From: Pseudomonadota bacterium
Lineage (GTDB): Bacteria > Desulfobacterota > Desulfobacteria > Desulfobacterales > RPRI01
Length of the DNA stretch: 64,000 nucleotides
Assembly: GCA_043825875.1 (NCBI GenBank)
Contig: JBDRRF010000079.1
Coordinates: 96,001 to 160,000 of the forward strand
Reading direction: 5' to 3'
Numbering within the stretch: position 1 is the first letter of the stretch; each line of letters starts with the position of its first letter. Below, one piece after another: positions 19,601 through 29,248 of this stretch. The position numbers were made by a program, and so were the translations under genes. The notes below the pieces were generated by a model. The model did no database searches. It saw only the letters and a list, made by a program, of their open reading frames with translations, and was not told where the DNA came from.

Positions 19601-20300
19601 TTCTTTTTACCTCTTTAATAATACTTCGAAATTCGGAAAGCTTTTCAAATACAGGCTTTTTAATTTCGGGTATTATCCTTATCCGATGAAATATCTGTTT
19701 TGAAGCAAGTCTTGAAAAATAATGCGGCCCGGATATCTGCTTTAAACTGTAGTTTATAAATTCAGGCTCTGACCTGTAGAAATTAATTCTCCAGAAATCT
19801 TCTGCAATTTCTAATATCAAATCGGTCTGGTCGGTAACAAGTTCGGTATCAAACAAATTTCCTGTTTCAAAAGAATAATCGGAAAGGATTCTTGCGCAAA
19901 AGCCATGAATGGTAAATATTGCAGCCTCGTTGAAATTAATAAGTGCGTTACTTAACAAATCAGAGACAAGAGCGTGATTTTCATATTTTTCACAAAGAGC
20001 TTCAATTAATGCATCATCTGACTTCTTATCTTTTGTCTCGGCAGAAAAAGCTTCTTTCGCCTTTGTGAGTTTGCTTCTGATTCTTTCTTTTAAATTTTCA
20101 GTAGCTGCTTTCGTAAATGTTACAACTAAAATTTGATCTATTGTAAGCTTATTTTCAATAATAAGCCTTACAAAAAGACTTTCTATCGTATAAGTTTTAC
20201 CTGTTCCTGCACCTGCCTCTATAAGGTTAGTTCCGTTTAGCTGTGCATTAATTAGATCAAACTGTTTCATAGGTTTGCTGGCTCTTATGTTTTTATTCAA
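16617..20300 (-). CDS. recB: Exodeoxyribonuclease V beta subunit (start may be 20270)
   Basis: IEAGAGTGKT, IDEFQDTD, GDPKQSIYSFRGAD, TIHKSKGLE, LYVALTRA; nuclease GYIDMVF...VDWKSN...QYHLY. Confidence 0.97.
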   Translation of the reverse strand: MNKNIRASKPMKQFDLINAQLNGTNLIEAGAGTGKTYTIESLFVRLIIENKLTIDQILVVTFTKAATENLKERIRSKLTKAKEAFSAETKDKKSDDALIEALCEKYENHALVSDLLSNALINFNEAAIFTIHGFCARILSDYSFETGNLFDTELVTDQTDLILEIAEDFWRINFYRSEPEFINYSLKQISGPHYFSRLASKQIFHRIRIIPEIKKPVFEKLSEFRSIIKEVKRIWVASKDEILVLLSDPVLKGNIYGTIEPAGNGLSKREIKIQSMLSGMERFLDDRHVSFPLYDKFEYFCSEKIKKSTKAKQTSPSHKFFDLCEKLLETSNEVKAEFDRYIIYLKKAFITFADKELEKKKQSKNIQYYDDLLTKVKDAILSHDSNNLAASIRKKYKAALIDEFQDTDIIQYEIFYNLFDSKESVLFIIGDPKQSIYSFRGADIFSYIKAAKKSDKKNTLIENWRSSPGLIEAVNAIFSGVKHPFVFEEISFIKGIPGHREKCISENKFCLSGAPLTLWHLFSDDYTQNNKAITKNNAEKIISESVASEILRLLKSAYSEKAETVKQSDIAILVRTNTQARMVKNSLSKRRIHSVIYSIDNVFDSDEAMELGRVLAAVSDPSNESKVKSAIITDIFGVTGEEINSYEYNPVLLEKWQSLFIECQRLWNKYSFIKMFGYLMKKERIKEHLALFYDGDRRITNILHLSDILHKVSIEKKPGIAGLIRWFAEQRDILRQTQEEHLLRLETDDDAVKIVTIHKSKGLEFRIVFCPFNWHGSEVRDEEILFHEQSSDRNLVLDLERNDNSIFLAGKELLSENLRLLYVALTRAKEKCYLVWGRINKAESSALAYLLHYARSNEYNGDKEITLAVKDYFKSQDTAKLLYDLEEISKKAGGAIDVSVIPPSDTGKYFPCEKNVEQCFARVFTGKIDDIHRISSYSSLVVSSYTVHDGRDIDSDARSFVEEFLEKQANTDQTDIFSFPRGASPGTFFHDLFENMSFLDSDYKDREKLVDDKLIEYGFETKWKNTVCDMIKKVLGAGLNAYFPYDDNEKSVKLSEVDIKQRINEMEFYFPLKMISPQIIRKIFHDHGNIKINDEYPGWIENLSFSPSKGFMKGYIDMVFYSNDKIYIVDWKSNYLGGSLLNYQKSNLAKVMDKESYILQYHLYSLALHQYLRIKYKDYNYSDSFGGVFYIFLRGVNDSIAPGSGIFYDLPDISLIDALGKAMIPDY

Positions 20301-20886
20301 CAGGATCTTTGTAATAGCAGTTTAAAATCGAAACCATTTCTTCTTTTCCGTTTGCAATCCGGCAACATTTATCCCATAAATCTACACTTATAAATTCAAA
20401 CAATGGCTGATCGACATTTTTAATTTTCTTAAAAGCGGAAAGTAATTTCTTATCCCATGATTGGTAGTATTTAGCCAAATCATCAGGATAAACTATCTTT
20501 CTCCGTTTACCTTCATCATTTGGCCTGAAAGATCTGATTATATTAAAACACCCATAGTCATTTGTTATTTGCTCGCCTGCTTTAATATCTCTTATGGATA
20601 TTTCAAAATCAAAGGCAGTAATCATACAATTAGGATCGAAGCTATGATTTACGAATTTGGTATTGTCCCAGCACAGAACATAGCGTCCGGAATTATTTCT
20701 AAAGCAGTATTTGCTCACAGCATCTAAAAACTCCTTCGGGAATTCTTCTATTTCCGAAGGAGAGAAAACGCGATCCAGTTTATCAAGAACCCAGGTTACC
20801 GTACCTTCAGGAATAAATCTGGTGGCTACTACTCCGTAACCAAGCTCATCGTTTATAAAATGTAATTTGGTATCGGGATGAATCAA
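20293..20886 (-). CDS. SET-domain protein (putative lysine methyltransferase)
   Basis: GYGVVATRFIPEG, FVNHSFDPN, RDIKAGEQITNDY; TTG start with a GAGGAG RBS. Confidence 0.9.
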   Translation of the reverse strand: MIHPDTKLHFINDELGYGVVATRFIPEGTVTWVLDKLDRVFSPSEIEEFPKEFLDAVSKYCFRNNSGRYVLCWDNTKFVNHSFDPNCMITAFDFEISIRDIKAGEQITNDYGCFNIIRSFRPNDEGKRRKIVYPDDLAKYYQSWDKKLLSAFKKIKNVDQPLFEFISVDLWDKCCRIANGKEEMVSILNCYYKDPVE

Positions 20887-20897
20887 TGCTTATCTCC

Positions 20898-22301
20898 TCA
20901 ATCGGATTTATTGAATATTTTTAATATCTCCGATATATCAGCGATTTCTTCCAAATCATTAATATCTGCTATGACTTTTTGAGTCTCTTGCTCATCTAAA
21001 AGCAAACGTGTATTACTTTTAAACTTATCAATAATATCATCATCTGCCATTTCATATTTTGCAGAAATGCCTGACTTGGCATAAGTCTTTTTGCCTGTCC
21101 CATTATGCACCATAACTTCAATTTCCGGCCTTAAACCGGCATTATCATCAAGATCGGTAATCAATTTTATTTTTTTCATAAACTCATGAATACGCCTATC
21201 CTCAAGAGTTTCATTTAACTGCCAGGCAGGGCCTGTCTCTATACTGTGTGCTGCAACCGAGAAAACAAAAGGTACGCTGAATTGCGCTTGCACATTAGTT
21301 TTAACATCTCTTGTTTTCCATAAAGGGAAATCAGCCAGGCTGCTAAGTTTAACGGTAATTTCCATTATATCTTCGGGCAATATATTATTTGCCGTGATAA
21401 TTTCTTCCAAATGGCATAGCGCATTCTGCATCACACCGCAACAGGGATATCTTTTATAAAACAGCCTTTCCGGAAATACCCATTTATTTCCCAATCCCTG
21501 AGTAATGTATTCGGGCATCCACTGGTCACAACCAAAAGCCCTCCAAAAACCATGATCACCATCCAATACTTCAACATCTCCAGTCGATCCCATTTCGGCG
21601 GACATCACAGCAACTACTTGTGCCAGAGATAAAAACCCGGAAGACATATACTTAGGATCGGAAACGCAAGCAGAACTTACAAATTTACCTACCATAGGAA
21701 CTGGTGCATGATAACCGGCTATCCCCATTGCATGGGCTATTTTATCTGCATCAAGCCCCAAAAGCCTGCCTGCGGCTGCAGCTCCGCCAAAAGCACACAA
21801 ACCATATCCGGGTGTAGGTAAAGGCATTGCAATTTTTCTATCGGGAAGCTCCACAGAAAACCTTCGCCCAAAAACCATTGCAGATGCAATTCTTGTTGCA
21901 AGTTCATGAGCAATTGCGGAAGCAACAATCAATTGCTTTCCGGATACTTTTTTTATTTCACCTATTGTAAGAGGAGCGGCAAGTATATAGGGTGTGGCAT
22001 GTGCGGGCGGAGAAAGCAATGCTTCATAATCTAAGGCATTCATCAACTCGCCTATGGCGTATGCAGCCTGTGCCGCACCCACTCTCTCACTTGTACCCCA
22101 AAGACAGCTTTCTGCCTGTCCTCCCAGCATACGCGCCAGACGAATTGCAGCATCGCCTTTTTGTGTTTTTATTCCACCTATAGCACATCCAATAGTATCA
22201 AGAAGAAGTTTTTTGGTTTCAGAAACAACAAAAGACGGTAAATTTTCGTATTTTATTTCCGCTGCAAAGCGGGCTATTTCTGCTGTTACACCCATATACA
22301 T
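20898..22301 (-). CDS. MmgE/PrpD family protein
   Basis: LLDTIGCAIGG, NALDYE, FYKRYPCCG, QAQFSVPF. Confidence 0.88.
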   Translation of the reverse strand: MYMGVTAEIARFAAEIKYENLPSFVVSETKKLLLDTIGCAIGGIKTQKGDAAIRLARMLGGQAESCLWGTSERVGAAQAAYAIGELMNALDYEALLSPPAHATPYILAAPLTIGEIKKVSGKQLIVASAIAHELATRIASAMVFGRRFSVELPDRKIAMPLPTPGYGLCAFGGAAAAGRLLGLDADKIAHAMGIAGYHAPVPMVGKFVSSACVSDPKYMSSGFLSLAQVVAVMSAEMGSTGDVEVLDGDHGFWRAFGCDQWMPEYITQGLGNKWVFPERLFYKRYPCCGVMQNALCHLEEIITANNILPEDIMEITVKLSSLADFPLWKTRDVKTNVQAQFSVPFVFSVAAHSIETGPAWQLNETLEDRRIHEFMKKIKLITDLDDNAGLRPEIEVMVHNGTGKKTYAKSGISAKYEMADDDIIDKFKSNTRLLLDEQETQKVIADINDLEEIADISEILKIFNKSD

Positions 22302-22313
22302 ACCATAAAAATA

Positions 22314-23318
22314 TCAAGTTTTGGAAAAATGAACTTCATCACCGTCCTTATAACGATATATTTTTGATTCATTTTCAAGTTTTTCAATATGTGTAAGTAC
22401 TATTCCAAGACATCTTGCAAGCACAATAACACTGTCTAACGAGGGATAAACAACTTTCATTAAATCCATCAGTGTGTGGTCTTTATCAGATATAGCTTTA
22501 AATATCTTATCTTCTCTGCTTTTTACAATAGAAAGCACAGGATCTGTAAGCCCAGAGCAGGATTTTATTGAAGGCCCGTGAGAAGGAAATACTTCTTTTG
22601 TCTTATCAAGATATTGATTTATCTTTTTTAAAGACGATTCATACGATATCAGGTCAGAGCCAAAATTATTCAAACCTCCTGTTAGTGTAGAGCTTTTGCC
22701 AAGAAGAAAATCACCTGAAAAAAGTAAAGATTTTGTTTCTTCCCATAAACTTATATCCCAGGGGCTATGACCGGGCGTTAAAACAATTCTGAACTTAAGC
22801 TTTCCTGTACTGATTAAATCACCATCATCCAGTTCTTCATCTATCCCTATTTCACCATATGTGGGATTCCAGAAATGATCTATTACATCAAAATAGATAT
22901 CTTTTACTTCAGGATGCAAAAATAATTGCTCTGAAAAAATGTTTTTTGCAATTGTTTTTACCAAACTTACATATTCACCATATTTTTCTGCCCATTGTTT
23001 TGCTTTGTGGTATGCACAATGTCTGATTTTTGTATATTCGCCAAGGCCTATTCCTCCACCCATATGATCGGGATGCGCATGTGTATATACAATTCTTGAT
23101 ATATCTTTTATATCAAAACCTACCTGATTAAGGGCATATAAAAGTTTTTCACTTTTGCTGTCTGTAAAAGGACCAGTATCAATTAGCATCAACTCATCAT
23201 CAATAATCAGAAAAACATTGGCAAAAGCCTTTTCATTGCCGGAAGAAAAATAAGGGATTCTGAATACGGCAAGATACGGATATAATCTTTCTACATGTAC
23301 ATCATCAAATTTATTCAT
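22314..23318 (-). CDS. MBL-fold metallo-hydrolase
   Basis: LIDTG, THAHPDHMGG, TPGHSP, FSGD, PSHG; the ORF-track start lies inside a MITE, so the start was moved. Confidence 0.9.
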   Translation of the reverse strand: MNKFDDVHVERLYPYLAVFRIPYFSSGNEKAFANVFLIIDDELMLIDTGPFTDSKSEKLLYALNQVGFDIKDISRIVYTHAHPDHMGGGIGLGEYTKIRHCAYHKAKQWAEKYGEYVSLVKTIAKNIFSEQLFLHPEVKDIYFDVIDHFWNPTYGEIGIDEELDDGDLISTGKLKFRIVLTPGHSPWDISLWEETKSLLFSGDFLLGKSSTLTGGLNNFGSDLISYESSLKKINQYLDKTKEVFPSHGPSIKSCSGLTDPVLSIVKSREDKIFKAISDKDHTLMDLMKVVYPSLDSVIVLARCLGIVLTHIEKLENESKIYRYKDGDEVHFSKT

Positions 23319-23362
23319 AAAATTCCAAAAAAGGGCAGGCACCATAAAAAGCTTATATAGTT

Positions 23363-23505
23363 GAGCCACTTTCAAAACGTTTCAGTTTGGTCAAGCTCAA
23401 GGCGGGAGAAAATTTCAACCGCAGGAATACATTGAGTATTTCGAGGATTGAAATTTGAGCCCAACGCTTAAGATCGGCCAAAATGGGGCGTTTTGAAACT
23501 GGCTC
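23363..23505 (+). mobile_element. MITE family B, copy 2
   Basis: Same sequence and TIRs as the other B copies; flanks AGTT/AGCT (3 of 4 TSD match). Confidence 0.92.
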
Positions 23506-23641
23506 AGCTTTATAATACCGCCACTTCATACTCCATTTATTTGTTTTGGTTCCATATAAAAACGATATTAATATTTCATCTAAATTTCTAAAGGTAAAGA
23601 GTTTTTTTAGGCTTTATGTGCTTTGTGATTTTATTAGAATT

Positions 23642-24670
23642 TTAATACCAGACAACAGACGAGATGGGATAAGTGATATAAATACTCTGACCGGGATAAT
23701 AATTATTTTCTTTGGCTTTCTCCAAAGGAATTCGAAGAGTAAATACCTGGCTGCCTATACGTATGGAAACCATAACTGTATGTTTTGCAGGTTCAAATGA
23801 AAGCTGGGATAGAACACCTTTTAGCAAATGTTCATCCGGCCCAAGACCCGGCAGCTTTGAGCTTATGGCAATATTGGTATGCGGAATAATAGCCGCACAA
23901 GTCGGTAAAGGAGAGTCCCCTTTCACAAGAATACGCTGCCCATCATCAAGGAGCTTTTCAAACAACCCTGTTGAAACCTGATTCCATGGGCCAAAAATTA
24001 TGTTTTCAAGACCTTTTCCAACAATCTTTCCTTTAAACATCTGTATGACATTATCACAGATTTCATGAAGCCATTTCCAATCATGGCCGGCAATAATAAG
24101 AGTCGTGCCCCATTCCTTAGAAGCCATAAACGCACTGTCCATAATCTGCTGAGCACTGGCAGCATCCACACCGGCTGTAGGTTCATCCAAAATAAGAACT
24201 TCCGGTTTTAATGCAAGCCTGGCCGCCAGAGCAACCCTATGTGCCTCTCCCCCCGAAAGCTGATACCATTTGCGGCCGGAAAATTCTGTTGGAGAAAGCC
24301 CTACCAGCATTAAAGCATCATTCACCTTTTTCAAATACTGCGATTTATTAAAGCCTCTTAAGTTTAATCCATATACAATATTTTCAAAAACCGTTCGTTT
24401 AAGCAAAAAAGGTTCCTGGGGCAACAGACTTACACGGAAACGGACTGCTTCGGAAAAGGGATGGGCTTTTTGGCCTTTATATAATATTGTACCTTCTGAC
24501 GGGCTGTTCACAAAAGCAAGCATGCTTAAAAGAGTGCTCTTGCCGCTCCCGTTAGGACCAACAACCCCGGTTATAGAACCGGCAACAAGCGTTAATTCTT
24601 TGATATCAACCGCCGTATGCCGGTTATAATACTTTTTAATATTCGATAGCTGATAAGCAGGTGTTTGCAT
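23642..24670 (-). CDS. tupC: Tungstate ABC transporter ATPase
   Basis: GPNGSGKST, LSGGE, LDEPT, C-terminal TOBE-like extension; in an operon with tupA and tupB. Confidence 0.85.
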   Translation of the reverse strand: MQTPAYQLSNIKKYYNRHTAVDIKELTLVAGSITGVVGPNGSGKSTLLSMLAFVNSPSEGTILYKGQKAHPFSEAVRFRVSLLPQEPFLLKRTVFENIVYGLNLRGFNKSQYLKKVNDALMLVGLSPTEFSGRKWYQLSGGEAHRVALAARLALKPEVLILDEPTAGVDAASAQQIMDSAFMASKEWGTTLIIAGHDWKWLHEICDNVIQMFKGKIVGKGLENIIFGPWNQVSTGLFEKLLDDGQRILVKGDSPLPTCAAIIPHTNIAISSKLPGLGPDEHLLKGVLSQLSFEPAKHTVMVSIRIGSQVFTLRIPLEKAKENNYYPGQSIYITYPISSVVWY

Positions 24671-24675
24671 GATTA

Positions 24676-25362
24676 TTAACGATTTCTTAGAAATGAAAGA
24701 GAATAATTAACAATAACTGCTATAGCCATCAGGACAAGTCCCAGCGCGACTCCCATGACAAACTCACCCTTGTTTGTTTCAAGCGCAATGGCAGTGGTAA
24801 TGGTTCGGGTATTCCATTTTATATTTCCGCCTACAATCATGGCAATTCCAACCTCTGTAAGCACTCTGCCATAGGCATTCATACAGGCAGACAATATACT
24901 GTAACGCGCTTCCCAAAGAGTTGAAAAAAGGATTTGCCTGGGATTGGCTCCAAGAGATATAAACGTTACCCGCAACTTATCATCTATGCTTTCAACAGCC
25001 GCTGCTGTGAGCGCAACTACAATAGGCAGGGCAAGAACCGTTTGGCCTATGGCTACACCTTCCAAAGTAAAGAGAAGCCCATATTGCCCAAGCGGCCCTC
25101 TATAAGTTAAAAGCGCATAAACCAAAAGCCCTATCAGCACTGTGGGCAAAGACATCAGGGTATCCACAAAGGTTCTTACATGCTTTTTCCATAAAAAATC
25201 ATGATGGCCAAGCAAAAAACCAAGCGGCATGCCTATCAGCAGACTGGCCACCATAGAATATGTGGATACTTTCAGTGTAGCAAATACGGCTGAATAAGTT
25301 TCTCCGTCTCCGCTGGCTAATAATCGAATAGCCTGGAGCAGAGCTTCAATAAGAAAATTCAT
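24676..25362 (-). CDS. tupB: Tungstate ABC transporter permease
   Basis: LPTVLIGL, EVGIAMIVGGNIKWNTRTITTAIALET. Confidence 0.9.
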   Translation of the reverse strand: MNFLIEALLQAIRLLASGDGETYSAVFATLKVSTYSMVASLLIGMPLGFLLGHHDFLWKKHVRTFVDTLMSLPTVLIGLLVYALLTYRGPLGQYGLLFTLEGVAIGQTVLALPIVVALTAAAVESIDDKLRVTFISLGANPRQILFSTLWEARYSILSACMNAYGRVLTEVGIAMIVGGNIKWNTRTITTAIALETNKGEFVMGVALGLVLMAIAVIVNYSLSFLRNR

Positions 25363-25379
25363 TTTTGACCTTAATTAAC

Positions 25380-25521
25380 GAGCCACTTTCAAAACGTTTC
25401 AGTTTGGTCAAGCTCAAGGCGGGAGAAAATTTCAACCGCAGGAATACATTGAGTATTTCGAGGATTGAAATTTGAGCCCAACGCTGAGATCGGCCAAAAT
25501 GGGACGTTTTGAAACTGGCTC
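25380..25521 (+). mobile_element. MITE family B, copy 3 (between tupA and tupB)
   Basis: Perfect TSD TAAC at 25376-25379 and 25522-25525. Confidence 0.95.
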
Positions 25522-25544
25522 TAACGAATAACAAAAAGCCTATC

Positions 25545-26384
25545 TTACTTTGAAAACCCATAAAAAAGTTGTTTTCCTGAAAGCTTGAAATCATTAATCA
25601 GCTTTTGAGTAGACGGCTTTGACATCCAGTTTGAGAATTTTGCGGCCAGATCCGATTTAACATTACTGCATCTTTGTGGATTCACCTCGATAACGCTGTA
25701 AATATTTTTAAGCAACTCATCGCCTTCAACAAGAATTTTTAACGGAGGATTTCCCTTCATTGTGTCTTCGTATTTTATATAGGTTCCACGATCCGTAAGA
25801 GTATATCCGTTTAATTCCGCCGCCATATTTATAGAAGAAAGCATCCCCTGGCCCGACTGTACATACCAGCTTTCTTTATCAGGAACTACAAGCTTGCTTT
25901 CTTTCCATAATTTCTTTTCAGCCTTATGTGTTCCCGATTGATCACCTCGGCTCACAAACTTTTGCGTTTTTTCTAAAATCGCATTCAAAGCTTCCTTAAC
26001 ACTTTTACCCGTGATGCCTGCCGGATCCGATGCAGGACCAATTATTACAAAGTCATTATACATAACAACATTGCGATTTATGCCAAAACCATCGGCTACA
26101 TATTTTTTTTCAGCATCAGGCGCATGAACAAGAAGTACATCCGCATCGCAGTTTTCACCAAGCTTGAGCGCTTTGCCGGTCCCGGTTGCAACCCACTCAA
26201 TATCAATTCCTGTCTCTTTCTCAAAATATGGTTTCAGGTAGTCTAACAAACCCGTATTATCGGTGCTTGTGGTTGTGGCCAAGCGCAGCATGCTGGCATC
26301 TTTTCCCATAACAGGACTGCAAAATACAAGAGAAAAAACAGCAATTGTTGCGATCAAAAAAACTCCAAAATTACGTTTCATCAA
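25545..26384 (-). CDS. tupA: Tungstate-binding periplasmic protein
   Basis: LATTTSTDNTGLL (TTTS motif), FVSRGDQSGTH, YTLTDRGT. Confidence 0.93.
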   Translation of the reverse strand: MMKRNFGVFLIATIAVFSLVFCSPVMGKDASMLRLATTTSTDNTGLLDYLKPYFEKETGIDIEWVATGTGKALKLGENCDADVLLVHAPDAEKKYVADGFGINRNVVMYNDFVIIGPASDPAGITGKSVKEALNAILEKTQKFVSRGDQSGTHKAEKKLWKESKLVVPDKESWYVQSGQGMLSSINMAAELNGYTLTDRGTYIKYEDTMKGNPPLKILVEGDELLKNIYSVIEVNPQRCSNVKSDLAAKFSNWMSKPSTQKLINDFKLSGKQLFYGFSK

Positions 26385-26430
26385 AATCCTCCTTAATAGT
26401 GTTTTTATTGTTCAAACTAAAAATCTATGC

Positions 26431-27342
26431 CTAACTTTCTATAGGAAATACCATTTTCCCACTTAAGCTTGTATCGTAACCTTCAAACTGATTTGCAGCC
26501 TCCCGGAATGAATCTTCATGCAATAAACCTAAAAACAGTTGTACCCCCTTATCAAAAAATCTTTCCTTTCGAATAAGAAGATCATAGCGTTCCCACCGAA
26601 GTGGAATAAAATCAAGTCCCAAAAGAGAAGCCACAGATCGGATGCAGGCAGCAGCATCAGCCCGCCCCGTCAATACTTCAATGCCAGCATCAATATGTCT
26701 CGATACCTCATTATCGTACCCTTTAATTTTCCCACAATCTATACCGGCTTTGCTTAACTCCCGATCAAAAAGCAGTCTTGTACCGGTTCCAAGAGGCCGG
26801 TTTACAATACAAACTTTAGGCATTGCAAGATCAGCTATTTTTGAGATTCCTTTAGGATTTCCCTTTTGAATTACAAGCCCCTGCTCACGCCTGCAAAAAT
26901 TACAAACAGCAGGCATATCACCAAGTTCCTTGGATGCAAAATTAAAATTATAGTCATTTTCATTTTCTTCAAGCAGATGACTTGAAGCAATGTGGCACAT
27001 ATTTTGCCGAAGGGCTCTAAGCCCCCCCATGCTGCCAAGGTTTCCAAAAACGGCCACATTATCAGGATAAAATTTATTGAAAAGCACTAAAGATTTATCC
27101 AAAAGCAGGTCATTACTCCCTGATACTATTAGCAGTCCATGGTAAGGAGGAAGGGTATTGGCAGGCTCCGGATAGTTAATTGTACTGTTTTCTACCCACT
27201 GTTCTACAAGATGCTTGGGAAAGAGCCATTTGCCTGTTATTTTTGTAGCCGGAAGCCCTTTTTCAGTAATGAGAGCATAAACCATCTTCTCATTAATTCC
27301 AAGAAATTTGGCTATTTCTTTTGTTGATATCAGTTCTTTCAT
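26431..27342 (-). CDS. Excisionase-type HTH plus PBP-domain W/Mo-responsive regulator (TaoR-like)
   Basis: N-terminal HTH_17 (LPATKITGKWLF); PBP domain GSNDL, GSMGGL, NRPLGTGTR; heads the tup operon. Confidence 0.8.
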   Translation of the reverse strand: MKELISTKEIAKFLGINEKMVYALITEKGLPATKITGKWLFPKHLVEQWVENSTINYPEPANTLPPYHGLLIVSGSNDLLLDKSLVLFNKFYPDNVAVFGNLGSMGGLRALRQNMCHIASSHLLEENENDYNFNFASKELGDMPAVCNFCRREQGLVIQKGNPKGISKIADLAMPKVCIVNRPLGTGTRLLFDRELSKAGIDCGKIKGYDNEVSRHIDAGIEVLTGRADAAACIRSVASLLGLDFIPLRWERYDLLIRKERFFDKGVQLFLGLLHEDSFREAANQFEGYDTSLSGKMVFPIES

Positions 27343-27365
27343 ACAAGATGCCCTCCTTATAGTAA

Positions 27366-27396
27366 CTATAAATTACCCAAAATGGCTATAAATTAC
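27366..27396 (-). promoter_or_regulatory. Direct-repeat operator candidate
   Basis: CTATAAATTAC twice, at 27366-27376 and 27386-27396, just upstream of the regulator RBS. Confidence 0.5.
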
Positions 27397-27506
27397 ATCT
27401 ATTGCCTTAGCTGTTATAAGTCAATATTTTTGATACATTGTTTGACTTTTTTCCGGTCTGCTATTATTCTAATATGAAAATAAATTATGGGGAATAATGG
27501 TGAATA

Positions 27507-28019
27507 ATGATAAGTAAAAATACGATATTGGCTGTTGACGATGAATACTTCATGCTTGATTTGATTACACGCTGCCTTGCCAATGAAAAATATAAAATAC
27601 TAACAGCACAAAGCGCTGATGAAGGATTGCGCTTATTAAAAGATAATAACATCCATCTTGTAATAAGCGATCAAAGAATGCCCGGAATGTCCGGATTGAC
27701 TTTTTTAACTAAAATCAAAGCACACTATCCTGATATTATAACTATAATACTAACCGGATATGCTGATATCGAAACAGTACTTGAAGCAATTAATTCAGCC
27801 GGAGTCTATAAGTTTATGGTAAAGCCTATGAATATGCTTGACCTGAAAATAACCGTTCAACGCGCTTTAGAATTAAGACAAATGATTATAGATAAAAATA
27901 TTCTTTCAAATAAAATTATAGCTTACGAAGCAAGGCTAAAAGAGTTAGAAAGGATGCACCCCGGCATAACAAATTACGAAAAAGATCTGGATGGAAATAT
28001 AATTCTTGATTTGGAATAA
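27507..28019 (+). CDS. Response regulator (receiver plus short tail)
   Basis: AVDDE, ISDQRMPGMSG, LTGY, KP. Confidence 0.92.
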   Translation: MISKNTILAVDDEYFMLDLITRCLANEKYKILTAQSADEGLRLLKDNNIHLVISDQRMPGMSGLTFLTKIKAHYPDIITIILTGYADIETVLEAINSAGVYKFMVKPMNMLDLKITVQRALELRQMIIDKNILSNKIIAYEARLKELERMHPGITNYEKDLDGNIILDLE

Positions 28020-28032
28020 ATCATTAGATATA

Positions 28033-29139
28033 TCAGTTAATTAATAGCTTTCTTATCATCTTGCCGGGCAAAGTTTCAACTGCCTTTAAAGCTCCTTCAG
28101 GACAAACCTCAACACAGCAGTAACATCTGATGCATTTTTCATAATCAAAAGATATTTTCTCTTTGTCATGCAAAATAGATGCAGCCGGACAGTATTTCCA
28201 GCATTCGCCGCATAACTTGCACAAACTGTTATCAGCTAATGGCCTTTGGATAAAATGCCTTCTCATCGTTTTTTGAACAAATCCGGGCCCAATGATCAGC
28301 GGATTGCGGGACGGAAAAACAAAATTGTTTATCGGCTTAAACTCACCTGTAATACTAATATCATTTTCGACCAGTCCCATATCTTTTGCAACTTTATTTG
28401 TAGGAAGAATATCAGGCTCAATGCCAAGCATTTTGCATATTGAAATATCCACGCTAAATGCGCTTTTGCCGCCGGTAAGCATACCTAAATAGCGCGGAGT
28501 ACCGCCTTTTCCAGGCCCCTGCCCTTCCATTCCCAGTATGCCATCAACAATTGTTGCCTGCGGGCCGACCGCTTTGTGTATACGCACAAGAAGAGTTGCA
28601 AACATATCCCTGTCGATCCCACTTCTTAAATGCCATTCCGATTTTTTCATCCCCACTATACATCCGAATAGATTTTTAACACCAAGTGTAAGCAACATCT
28701 GGGCGTGGGCTTTAAGTTTTGCAATATTAATAATATATTCGGCTTCCATTGCATCTTTTGAAATATCTATAAAGCCGAAAGGCTCTCCGATATCAACCTT
28801 TACCGATGTTTTAAAAGCCTTAAACTCTATATCAAGTCCTTCAAAAGCTCTTTTATACCCACCGTCTTTCAATATTTTATCAAACAGGCCCACAGCAGGG
28901 CTGTCCGATATCTGCACCATTGCTCCTTTTTCAAGAATGTACTCTGCTGCAGCTTTTACTACTAAAGGATGAGTGATAATTGCCGTTTCAGGTTTTGCAG
29001 GAGAAAGCATATTTGGTTTTATAAGAACTTTCATGCCTTTTACTATTGATACACCGCATATCGAATCAAGCATATCAAAAACAACAGGCTTTAATATATC
29101 GTAATCATATTCAGCTTTCCTGAAAATGACTTTGTTCAT
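28033..29139 (-). CDS. DUF362-domain protein with a C-terminal 2x[4Fe-4S] ferredoxin domain
   Basis: VLIKPN, KLKAH, LGVKNLFG, MEGQGP; CKLCGECWKYCP and CIRCYCCVEVCP. Confidence 0.9.
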   Translation of the reverse strand: MNKVIFRKAEYDYDILKPVVFDMLDSICGVSIVKGMKVLIKPNMLSPAKPETAIITHPLVVKAAAEYILEKGAMVQISDSPAVGLFDKILKDGGYKRAFEGLDIEFKAFKTSVKVDIGEPFGFIDISKDAMEAEYIINIAKLKAHAQMLLTLGVKNLFGCIVGMKKSEWHLRSGIDRDMFATLLVRIHKAVGPQATIVDGILGMEGQGPGKGGTPRYLGMLTGGKSAFSVDISICKMLGIEPDILPTNKVAKDMGLVENDISITGEFKPINNFVFPSRNPLIIGPGFVQKTMRRHFIQRPLADNSLCKLCGECWKYCPAASILHDKEKISFDYEKCIRCYCCVEVCPEGALKAVETLPGKMIRKLLIN

Positions 29140-29248
29140 AGTACAATCCTTCCAAAGAAAAATAACTTCTATTCTTGCTAAATATATCTTTATTTAATAT
29201 AGTTTATACAAACCTTATAGCGCAAACTTTTTTAATCAATTTATTATA

